The notes beneath the pieces were generated by a model, which had not been told where the DNA came from, searched no databases, and saw only the letters and a list, made by a program, of their open reading frames with translations. Made by a program: the position numbers and the translations under genes. From an uncultured archaeon (lineage in GTDB: Archaea > Asgardarchaeota > Lokiarchaeia > Sigyniarchaeales > SOKP01), in NCBI GenBank assembly GCA_964525635.1, contig CAZGJX010000092.1:1-16616 (forward strand): DNA of 16,616 nt. The letters run 5' to 3'. Below, piece after piece: positions 6,055 to 14,026 of the stretch (position 1 is its first letter; every line of letters begins with the position of its first letter).

Positions 6055-6158
6055 GCGAGAGTGGCTTAGCTTGGTATAGCGCACGGCTGATAACCGTGAG
6101 GTCGGGGGATCGAATCAAATTGAGAAACTCTCTCATTGTGATAAGCCCCCCTTTCGCA
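6055..6158 (+). tRNA. tRNA-Ile(GAU) with a 30-nt non-canonical intron (6115-6144) at position 59/60
   Basis: Acceptor stem GCGAGAG/CTTTCGC plus A73; D arm GCTT-AGCTTGGTA-TAGC; anticodon arm CACGG-CTGATAA-CCGTG; variable loop AGGTC; T stem GGGGG/CCCCC. The 37-nt T-loop reduces to 7 nt (ATCGAAG) once the BHB-defined intron is removed. CCA is not encoded. Confidence 0.93.
6115..6144 (+). other. Archaeal tRNA intron with bulge-helix-bulge motif
   Basis: Central helix ATCG (6109-6112) / TGAT (6139-6142). The 3-nt bulges are AA|T (6113-6115) and AA|G (6143-6145). Inner helices are CAA/TTG and TGAGA/TCTCA; the outer helix is the T stem. Confidence 0.9.
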
Positions 6159-6245
6159 TTAATTCTTGTCATTTCATTTATTATTTGGATTCTCATAAAA
6201 ATATCAAAAAATTATTAAAAGTCTAAAATTTTTTTTATTGGTTAA

Positions 6246-6839
6246 ATGAAAATAATTATTGTTACTGGAACACCTGGTTGTGGAAAAACAACAATTTCAA
6301 TAGAGCTAACAAATTTTATTAGATCTAGAGTGATAAGTCTGAATGATTTAGTCATATCTAAAAATTTTATTATAAAGTATGATAATATAAGAGATACTTA
6401 TATAACAGATTTCAAAAAACTGATTCCATATATAGAGAATTTAATAAATAAAATAAAGAGTGAAAAACTAGAAGTTTTAATTATCGAAGGTCATTTTGCA
6501 GATATCATTCCGAATAATTTAATTGATATTGTTATTATTCTAAGATGTCATCCAGACGTTCTAAATAACAGATTGAAAAGAAGAGCTTATTCAAAGGAAA
6601 AAATACATGAAAATTTACAAGCAGAGATTTTAGGAAATTGTTCAAATTTTATTTTTGAAAAGAAATTGATTTGTCCTATTTATGAGATAGATACATCAAA
6701 TATGAATTTAAGTGATTTAACAAACCTAATATTGAATATAATTGAAAAAAAAGAACCAATTGAGAAATATAAATTAGGAAATATAGATTGGTTAAATGAA
6801 TTATTTAATAAAAATCGGTTAGATGAATTTTTTGATTAA
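6246..6839 (+). CDS. Archaeal adenylate kinase / ATPase, AK6 (Fap7/hCINAP) family
   Basis: P-loop IIVTGTPGCGKTT, hhhEGH motif (LIIEGH), LRCHP..L..RL..R.YS..KI.EN..AE, IDTS and IDWL. Confidence 0.92.
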   Translation: MKIIIVTGTPGCGKTTISIELTNFIRSRVISLNDLVISKNFIIKYDNIRDTYITDFKKLIPYIENLINKIKSEKLEVLIIEGHFADIIPNNLIDIVIILRCHPDVLNNRLKRRAYSKEKIHENLQAEILGNCSNFIFEKKLICPIYEIDTSNMNLSDLTNLILNIIEKKEPIEKYKLGNIDWLNELFNKNRLDEFFD

Positions 6840-6856
6840 AAAGCGAGGAAAATAAA

Positions 6857-8485
6857 ATGGAGTATGAGATTCTAGATATTGATGCTTTAGGAAGAATTGG
6901 TAAATTAAGGACTAATAATAAAGAATTATTTACGCCAAATTTACTTCCAGTAATCCATCCTTATAATAATTTAATAACTCCATCTGAAATAAAAAGAATA
7001 GGTTTTAATTGTATTTTTACAAATGCATATATCCTATATCAAAATGAAATATCAAGATTTGAAGCATTAAAAAAAGGAATACATCAATATCTGAATTATG
7101 ATGGCCTTATTGCTACAGATAGCGGAGCTTTCCAACAATATATGTATAATAATGATGATATTCAAATAAGCTCGAATGATATCGAAAAATTTCAAGAAGA
7201 TATAGGATCTGACTTTCCAGTAATCTTAGACCTCCCAGTGCAACCTGAAGATGATTTAAAGATTGCACAAGATAAGGTTAATATAAGCTTGTTGAGAGCA
7301 AATGAAAATATTAAAAGGAGGTCAAAAGAATGTAGTTGGATTGGACCTATTCATGGTTCCGAATTCCCTGAATTATTGAAGAAAAGTACTATAGAGATGA
7401 GTAAATTAAATTTTGGAATTTATGCAATTGGTGGATTAGTTAAGTATTTTTTAAATTATCAATTTAGGACCATTTTAAAAATCCTAATCACAGTTAAAAA
7501 GAATATAATACCGACGAAACCTTTACATATGTTTGGTTTAGGTTTACCTCAATTCTTCTCTTTAGCAGTAGCATTTGGTTCAGATATAATGGATTCAGCA
7601 GCATATATCTTATATGCTAAGGAAAACAGATATTTTTCATTATCAACAGGAACTAGAAATATTGAGGAAATGGAAGAATTCCCCTGTAATTGTCCTGTCT
7701 GTAATAATTATACCCCGATAGAATTACAAAAATCTGAAAAAGAATTTAGAACTAAACAATTAGCATTGCATAATTTATATATATCATCTCAAGAATTAAA
7801 GACAATACGTCAAGCAATTAGAGAAGGAAGATTATGGGAATTAGTGGAGCAAAGAATAAGGACACACCCTTATTTGGTGAAAGCATTCAAATTATTGAAG
7901 AAAAATCACCAGTTTTTTGAAAAGTATGAAAAGAGCTATAAAAAGCATGGTAGATTATTTAATTCATCGGAAAGTAAATTTAGACCTATAATATATAGAT
8001 ATAATTGGAGATTGCATGAGTTTTACAGAGTTCCTAAAAACGCAAATTTCCTGATAATATTACCTGAGTTAGACATCAAAGGAATAAAATCACCCAGCAT
8101 ATGTAATTGGATTGAAAAAATTAATCATAATAGTACAATTACAAGAAGTCTTATACATATTGTTTTTTATTCAGGAATATTTGGAATTATACCTTTAGAA
8201 TTAAATACTGTTTTTCCTATGGGACAATATGAATCAATTAATCATTGGGAGTTTTATAAAAATAGCTATTCAAATATTAAAAAATATTTTAATAAGAATA
8301 TTAAAAATTATAAAAAATGTGCTTTTTTAATTCCAAAAACTTATATCAATCAATATAGTAAAACAGTTTCATTTAAAGAAAGGAATCTTTTAAAGACAAT
8401 AGAAAAATTAAAATTTAAATATAATATTCCTATGGAATCTTTTGATTTAATTGATGAAATTTTAGAATTCTTTAAAGATAAATAA
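6857..8485 (+). CDS. tgtA: tRNA-guanine(15) transglycosylase (archaeosine TGT), without an obvious C-terminal PUA domain
   Basis: Motifs GRIGKL..TP.LLPVIHP, TDSGAFQ, HMFGLG and DIMDSAAY (nucleophile Asp); Zn site CNCPVC...HN; IRQAIREGRLWELVEQR. SD GAGGA upstream. Confidence 0.96.
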   Translation: MEYEILDIDALGRIGKLRTNNKELFTPNLLPVIHPYNNLITPSEIKRIGFNCIFTNAYILYQNEISRFEALKKGIHQYLNYDGLIATDSGAFQQYMYNNDDIQISSNDIEKFQEDIGSDFPVILDLPVQPEDDLKIAQDKVNISLLRANENIKRRSKECSWIGPIHGSEFPELLKKSTIEMSKLNFGIYAIGGLVKYFLNYQFRTILKILITVKKNIIPTKPLHMFGLGLPQFFSLAVAFGSDIMDSAAYILYAKENRYFSLSTGTRNIEEMEEFPCNCPVCNNYTPIELQKSEKEFRTKQLALHNLYISSQELKTIRQAIREGRLWELVEQRIRTHPYLVKAFKLLKKNHQFFEKYEKSYKKHGRLFNSSESKFRPIIYRYNWRLHEFYRVPKNANFLIILPELDIKGIKSPSICNWIEKINHNSTITRSLIHIVFYSGIFGIIPLELNTVFPMGQYESINHWEFYKNSYSNIKKYFNKNIKNYKKCAFLIPKTYINQYSKTVSFKERNLLKTIEKLKFKYNIPMESFDLIDEILEFFKDK

Positions 8486-8487
8486 AA

Positions 8488-8922
8488 ATGACTATTTTAG
8501 ATATAGTTCATGTTTATGGACATAAGAATATACAATGTACTCATAAAACTACTATAGAAATTACAAAAGATAATTATTTGACAAAAGCAGGTAATTGTAT
8601 ATTAGGAATTAGAGCTTCAAAAGCATGTAGTGATCTAAATCTAAATCTTAAAACCTATATTAAAAATGGCAAAAAATTAATGATTATAATAAAATCTGGA
8701 AGAATATTTGATTCATTTTATGGTTATGGTAATGCTAAACTAACATTGGCTAATTCTAAAGATATAGTTTTTCGAAAAAGCAATTATTTCTGTGATAGAA
8801 CTGTATTAATTAATTGCAATAAATCTTCTTTTGATCTATCAAGAGAATTAATAAATAATTTGAAGAAAAACAATAATAAGTTCGATATTATTTTTAAATA
8901 TAGCAAAGAAGATGAAAAATAA
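8488..8922 (+). CDS. DUF371 family protein
   Basis: GHKNIQCTHKTTIEITKD.YLT..GNCILGI.A and DIVFRKSNYFCDRT match the DUF371 signature. It starts 2 nt after tgtA and overlaps trm5 by 11 nt. Confidence 0.9.
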   Translation: MTILDIVHVYGHKNIQCTHKTTIEITKDNYLTKAGNCILGIRASKACSDLNLNLKTYIKNGKKLMIIIKSGRIFDSFYGYGNAKLTLANSKDIVFRKSNYFCDRTVLINCNKSSFDLSRELINNLKKNNNKFDIIFKYSKEDEK

Positions 8923-10048
8923 AAATCTGCAATATATTAAAATAAAAAGAGAAATAGCTCAGGATTTAATTAATTTAATTGAGAGAAAATTTAAAACAAA
9001 ATCACTTTTAAATAAAAAATATAAAGTGTTAAAAGAAAATGACTATATTTTCTTTCCTATAGAAGAGGGGATGGCGAATAAAAAAGAATTCTCTGAATTA
9101 GTAAATAATGAATTAGAGATTGAAATCGTTGAGAAAAAAGGGATTATAAATAAAAATTATAAATATCGAACTTTATTGGAAGTGTTAAGAGGTAAATTAC
9201 CCGTTGATTTGTTAGAATCTATCCCTAAATCATTTGATATTATTGGAAATATAGCAATCGTTGAATTAGATATATTTAATCAATTTGAAAATAAAATAGA
9301 ACTTAAAGAAAATATAGCGAATTCAATCTTAAAAGTTAATAAAAATGTAAAATCAGTTTATGAGAAAGTAGGTAAAATTAAAGGAACTTATCGTTTGAGG
9401 AAATTAAATTTTATTAAGGGTATTAAAGTTACAGAAACAATTCATAAAGAAAATAATTGTTTATTTAATCTTGATGTTAAGAAAACTTTTTTTTCTCCAA
9501 GACTATTATATGAAAGAAAAAGGATCTCTTCTGATAATATCAAATCTGGAGAAAAGATTGTAGATTTATTTGCTGGAGTTGGTCCATTTTCAATACAAAT
9601 TGCTAAAGATAATAATGTAATTATTCATTCCTTCGATATCAATCCTCATACTATCAAATATCTAAAGGAGAATATAAGATTAAATAGATTAAAAGGAAAC
9701 ATAATTCCACATGTTATGGATGTAAAATTTTTATTAAATCCTTCCAGTCCCATTGGAAAATCTTTAAACCACAAAATAGATAGAGTTTTAATGAATTTAC
9801 CTGAGGATTCTATTAAATATATTGATGTTGCTTGTTTTTTAATAAAAGAAAATGGTGGTATTATTCATAATTACCAATTTTGTGAAAAAGAAAATTCAAT
9901 TCAAACAGCTATTAATCATTTAAAGCAAGAATTAGAAAAATTCCAAATGCAATTAAGTATAAATCAAGCAAAAATAGTAAAAGCTTATTCACCTAAGGGT
10001 GATATGATAGTTATTGATGCCTTTATAAAAAAATCCAATATTAATTAA
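8912..10048 (+). CDS. trm5: tRNA (guanine37-N1)-methyltransferase, archaeal Trm5 (Met10+-like, NLP type)
   Basis: Motifs PKSFDIIGNIAI, TETIHKEN, FFSPRL..ER.RI, VDLFAGVGPF, DINP, DRVLMNLP and KAYSP. The N-terminal D1 domain is present. Confidence 0.93.
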   Translation: MKNKNLQYIKIKREIAQDLINLIERKFKTKSLLNKKYKVLKENDYIFFPIEEGMANKKEFSELVNNELEIEIVEKKGIINKNYKYRTLLEVLRGKLPVDLLESIPKSFDIIGNIAIVELDIFNQFENKIELKENIANSILKVNKNVKSVYEKVGKIKGTYRLRKLNFIKGIKVTETIHKENNCLFNLDVKKTFFSPRLLYERKRISSDNIKSGEKIVDLFAGVGPFSIQIAKDNNVIIHSFDINPHTIKYLKENIRLNRLKGNIIPHVMDVKFLLNPSSPIGKSLNHKIDRVLMNLPEDSIKYIDVACFLIKENGGIIHNYQFCEKENSIQTAINHLKQELEKFQMQLSINQAKIVKAYSPKGDMIVIDAFIKKSNIN

Positions 10049-10159
10049 ATCTTTTTAAATTCAATTTAAAAATAAGTTACATATAAATTCTCTTTGAATA
10101 ATAAAGTTTAAAGATTTTCTTTTATAATATAAATTATAATTCTTTTTTAATACTCCTAT

Positions 10160-10234
10160 GGACTCGTAACCTAGCATGGATAGGGTGTCGGACTTCTAAT
10201 CCGAAAGTCGCAGGTTCGAATCCTGCCGGGTCCG
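10160..10234 (+). tRNA. tRNA-Arg(UCU), intronless
   Basis: Acceptor stem GGACTCG/CGGGTCC plus G73; D arm ACCT-AGCATGGATA-GGGT with G15 and the Arg identity base A20; anticodon arm TCGGA-CTTCTAA-TCCGA; T arm GCAGG-TTCGAAT-CCTGC. Confidence 0.97.
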
Positions 10235-10280
10235 CTATTAATAAAAATACAAATTACTTTTTGTTTATCTAAACTCTTCC

Positions 10281-10346
10281 TTTATCTGAATGATTTATTA
10301 AATACTTATAAAAAAAGTTTAAGATTTCTGTTATCATTCAGACAAA
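10281..10346. repeat. 14-bp imperfect inverted repeat downstream of tRNA-Arg
   Basis: TTTATCTGAATGAT (10281-10294) and ATCATTCAGACAAA (10333-10346) are 13/14 complementary, with a 38-nt spacer. Confidence 0.6.
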
Positions 10347-10519
10347 AATAATAATAAGAAATAAAAATTCTGTTATTGCAGATTTATTTTTCTTTATTCT
10401 TAAAATAATTATTTTTCAGTTTTTAAAATTCTATTAATTTTAATAATAAATTAATATCCAATATTAAATTTAATTAATGGTTTATTTATTTATAGATAAA
10501 ATTTTAAAAATATTATAAA

Positions 10520-11230
10520 ATGTTAAATCGCCGCGATTTTTATCATCAAAACATACGATATAGTTTTCATTATCATAAAGAAAGGTTAATAAAATTATCT
10601 CAAATAAATAATGATTATAAGAAAATAGGTGATTATTTTAATAATATTTATGAGGGAAATGTTCCCAATAATGTATTCAATATGAAACAAATTCCTAGAA
10701 TTTCTGATTTTAGAATTAAAGGAATTAAAAAAGCATTTTTAATGAGTCTTGAAAAAAAATTAATTCGTTCATATAAGATTAAAAATTACACGTCAGATTT
10801 TAAATTATCCACTTATGCGGAGGATGTTTTTAATAATTATAAAAAAAATAAAATCAATAAAAAACCTGGCCATGATGCTATACTTAAGAATATATTAATT
10901 AGAGATGCAGAATCAATTGCAATTGAAGTCCCTATTTGGAGAAGGATTAATAGCAATTATGTTACTGGTCATATTGATCTAATTCAAGTAAATGAAAAAT
11001 CCATTAAAATTATAGATTATAAACCAGAAGGGCATTTCATTTATTCATTACCTCAAGTTGCATCTTATGGTATAATTTTTAAGTCTATATTTATGATAAA
11101 AGATCTCGCATGTATATCTTTTAATATGAAAGAAGCTTGGGAATATAGGCCCGAAATTGTGTTAAAAGATATTAAGAATTATTTAAATTCTCATAAAATT
11201 AGTATGAATTGGGAGAAATATATTTTTTAA
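10520..11230 (+). CDS. PD-(D/E)XK (RecB/Cas4-like fold) nuclease family protein
   Basis: GH..IL (motif I), IAIEVPIW, VTGHIDL (motif II), IIDYKP (motif III) and QVASYG (QxxxY). It lacks the Cys residues of the Cas4 Fe-S cluster. Confidence 0.85.
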   Translation: MLNRRDFYHQNIRYSFHYHKERLIKLSQINNDYKKIGDYFNNIYEGNVPNNVFNMKQIPRISDFRIKGIKKAFLMSLEKKLIRSYKIKNYTSDFKLSTYAEDVFNNYKKNKINKKPGHDAILKNILIRDAESIAIEVPIWRRINSNYVTGHIDLIQVNEKSIKIIDYKPEGHFIYSLPQVASYGIIFKSIFMIKDLACISFNMKEAWEYRPEIVLKDIKNYLNSHKISMNWEKYIF

Positions 11231-11240
11231 ATACTTTTTT

Positions 11241-11498
11241 CTATTTTCCTTTCTTTTTTGATAGTACTTCAGGGGATTTACTTTCTTCTAAATTGTTTTT
11301 TAGAATTAAATAACACAGTGTTATTCCAACAAATTCTACCAAAACACTTATTAACATAATTAGATTTCCATTAAAGTTATAATACCTTAATATTAAAGCT
11401 ATAGATAGACCAGAGATAATTAATATAAATAGTAAAAAACCATTTATGAGATCCTTAAATTTTGATATTATAGATGTCATATTTCTTATTATATCCAT
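11241..11498 (-). CDS. Small membrane protein with two predicted TM helices
   Basis: Hydrophobic stretches LINGFLLFILIISGLSIALIL and LIMLISVLVEFVGITLCYLIL; basic tail KKKGK. Confidence 0.75.
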   Translation of the reverse strand: MDIIRNMTSIISKFKDLINGFLLFILIISGLSIALILRYYNFNGNLIMLISVLVEFVGITLCYLILKNNLEESKSPEVLSKKKGK

Positions 11499-11635
11499 TT
11501 AAATAATTGTATTTTAATTAAATCATGTATTATTTTAATACCTTTTTGTTATTTTAAATGCTAATTATATTTTAATATCTCAGATCCCCAATATTATCCT
11601 TTATTATTAAAAAATAAATAAAATGTGTTTTGAAA

Positions 11636-14026
11636 TTATAATTTTTTAGATTTAAATTTAAAGTATAATGCCTTATCCAAAAAACTACCTATTTTTTTCG
11701 CGATTTGTTTTGCAATTTCATATCTTTCCCCATCATATAAATTAATTTCTTCTACTTTTTCCATTTTATTTTTTAGTCGATTTTCTAATATATTATCTAT
11801 TGTATTTTTTGTAAAATTCCTTATAGTATCTGCATTAGGTAAATTTAAATCTGGTACTAATGATTTAATTTTTTCAACTGAAAAAAGGAAATATTCTGCT
11901 ATTAAATCTAATGGATTTCCATCTAATTCACTATGTAATTTTATATTATCAGTAGCTGTTTTTAAATCCTTTTCTTGCCAATATAACTGATTTGGATTTA
12001 TACCTGGACTATTTATTCGCATTATAGAAGAAGTAATTCTACGCTCAATCCAATTAAGGGTACTTATTTCTTGTTTTTCCCGAATTCTTTTTTTTAATTC
12101 TTTCTTTTCCTTCTCCTTAGTTTTAATTGTTTCTATAACTTTCTTTGTCCTCAATTCCTCATACTTCTCAAATCTTTTTATTAAATCATAACCTAAACAA
12201 TAAGATATAGGCGAAATCAAATCCTTATTAAGCGTTAAATTAATTATCTCACTATATATGGGGCTAGTATTATTTTTAAGAATTCTCATTGCATTTTCTA
12301 ATGACATGTCCGTCAATCTCGCATATATAAATCCATTAATGAGGAATGGTTTATTTTCCGCATTAAATAATAAAACTAGTTCTTCTTGTCTTTTTTTCAG
12401 ACGTTTAATTAATAATTCTTCTATTTTTATCCAAATCCATTCCTCTGATTCATTTGTTTGATACATTTTCTTGAATGCAAATAGATATAATGCTTTTTCA
12501 TTTGAAATTTTAAGGTAGGATTCGATTATTCTACTAAGTTGCCTTAAAATTTTTGACAATATATAAAAAAAGATGTCTTTTACTATATTGTTTAAAATAT
12601 CTTTAAAATCTAGAAGCAATAAAATTTGAGAGTAGTTTATCAAATTCATATTTTTCAGAAAAATTGTATCAATTATTTCCTTTTTTTTTAAAAATTCTTT
12701 CAATTCAATATAAGAATGATTTGTTTTCTTTTCTAAGATATTCCATAAATCCTCAAATTTATCTCTTTCTTCTTTTAGTAAATCTTCTAAATTTAGATTT
12801 AGATTTTCTTGACCATTTTCTCGTCCTTTCAAATATATATAATTGTCTTTAATCATTGCATTTTTTGTTATACTTAAAATATTTTTTTTTTGATCATTTA
12901 GCTGTATTAAATCAAATTTGGATATATTATATCTTATCATATTTTCTTCTATTTCTGTAGCCAAATCCTCATTTATATTAACTAATTCTAAAATATTATA
13001 TACACCATATTTATTTAAAGCATAAATTATTTCATCAAAACTTTCTTCATTAAGATTCTGTAAAAAATACACAAAATCGTTTGGATTATTTTTTAATTGA
13101 ATTATAAGTTCCTTTTTTATAAAAATAAGCATTTCTTTCTCGAAATCCTCATAATTTATCTCCTTTTTTAGAGCATTTTCGATTTTTCCAATTATTTTTT
13201 TTTTAAAATTATTCGCTTGCCTAAATGCTTTTAATCCAGGAAGAGATATCGGATAACGATTAAGATCATAATCAATTATTCTTTTTTTTATCATTCTCAT
13301 AGGCATTGATTGCATTTTTAATTCTTGATACGATCTGAATTCAAAATCTTTTTGAATTTCTTTCAATATCCTTGTCAATGTTGAGAACTCGATATATTTG
13401 TCCTCTTTTTCTTCTTTTTCTAATTTCATCTCTAATTCAATAGAGATATCCTTAAATTTAGCACCTTCTTCTAAAATATCCTTTTTTACATTGTTGGTTA
13501 ATCCAATTAGATCTCCAATTAGGTCATAAAAATTGAAGGGAGAATAATTCAGAATTATTTCTAATAATTCTTTTTCTAAATGGTCTTCTATACTTTTTAT
13601 TAAACTCTCCTTTTCATTTTCTAAAATCTCTTCTTTTCTTGATTTTATTAATAATTCTAGAAATTTTTCTTCTATATCTATCATCTTGTAGAGCATATTG
13701 ATTTCAGATTCAAAAGAATCTTTTAATAATAGTTTTACCTCTCTATAGATTGTCTTTTTCTCATTCAATTCTAATTCTTTAGAAGATTCAACTGTCCCTT
13801 TGTTAGTATCTAATAATTCCTCTACCTTAATCCCTAAATTATGATAAATATGGACTGCTGCTGTACCAACCAGCAAATCTTTTAATGTTGACCTTCTATC
13901 AATTAATTTAAAAATATTTTCTTTATCTGCTTCTCTTTTAATGTGAGATAAGATTAAATCAACTGTTTGAAAATATCTAAATGTACTTTCAATAGCTGTG
14001 GCTTTTCTTTTTACACCCATTATCAT
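11636..14026 (-). CDS. Large helical/coiled-coil hypothetical protein (about 796 aa; start revised to the ATG at 14026)
   Basis: Long uninterrupted ORF. The ATG at 14026 overlaps the upstream TGA as ATGA. Rich in E/K/L/I, with a charged coiled-coil segment KTKEKEKKELKKRIREKQE. No recognisable catalytic motif. Confidence 0.85.
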   Translation of the reverse strand: MIMGVKRKATAIESTFRYFQTVDLILSHIKREADKENIFKLIDRRSTLKDLLVGTAAVHIYHNLGIKVEELLDTNKGTVESSKELELNEKKTIYREVKLLLKDSFESEINMLYKMIDIEEKFLELLIKSRKEEILENEKESLIKSIEDHLEKELLEIILNYSPFNFYDLIGDLIGLTNNVKKDILEEGAKFKDISIELEMKLEKEEKEDKYIEFSTLTRILKEIQKDFEFRSYQELKMQSMPMRMIKKRIIDYDLNRYPISLPGLKAFRQANNFKKKIIGKIENALKKEINYEDFEKEMLIFIKKELIIQLKNNPNDFVYFLQNLNEESFDEIIYALNKYGVYNILELVNINEDLATEIEENMIRYNISKFDLIQLNDQKKNILSITKNAMIKDNYIYLKGRENGQENLNLNLEDLLKEERDKFEDLWNILEKKTNHSYIELKEFLKKKEIIDTIFLKNMNLINYSQILLLLDFKDILNNIVKDIFFYILSKILRQLSRIIESYLKISNEKALYLFAFKKMYQTNESEEWIWIKIEELLIKRLKKRQEELVLLFNAENKPFLINGFIYARLTDMSLENAMRILKNNTSPIYSEIINLTLNKDLISPISYCLGYDLIKRFEKYEELRTKKVIETIKTKEKEKKELKKRIREKQEISTLNWIERRITSSIMRINSPGINPNQLYWQEKDLKTATDNIKLHSELDGNPLDLIAEYFLFSVEKIKSLVPDLNLPNADTIRNFTKNTIDNILENRLKNKMEKVEEINLYDGERYEIAKQIAKKIGSFLDKALYFKFKSKKL

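Noticed and set aside
6055-6158. tRNA pseudogene or initiator tRNA interpretation
   Set aside because: All stems are intact and the insertion forms a strict BHB. The anticodon is GAT, and the initiator hallmarks (A1-U72, three G-C pairs at 29-31/39-41) are absent.
10281-10346. SECIS-like or C/D-box RNA reading of the hairpin (it contains ATGA and CTGA)
   Set aside because: The ATGA is Watson-Crick paired to TCAT rather than forming tandem G-A pairs, the box order does not fit a C/D RNA, and no gene in the window has a plausible in-frame Sec UGA.
10520-11230. Cas4 / CRISPR-associated interpretation of the nuclease
   Set aside because: It lacks the four Fe-S cysteines, and no cas genes or repeat-spacer array are present in the window.
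12258-12461. 67-aa + strand ORF
   Set aside because: Antisense inside the ~796-aa gene; composition is typical of a reverse-frame artefact.
12664-12852. 62-aa + strand ORF
   Set aside because: Antisense inside the ~796-aa gene, with a TTG start and F/L-rich shadow composition.
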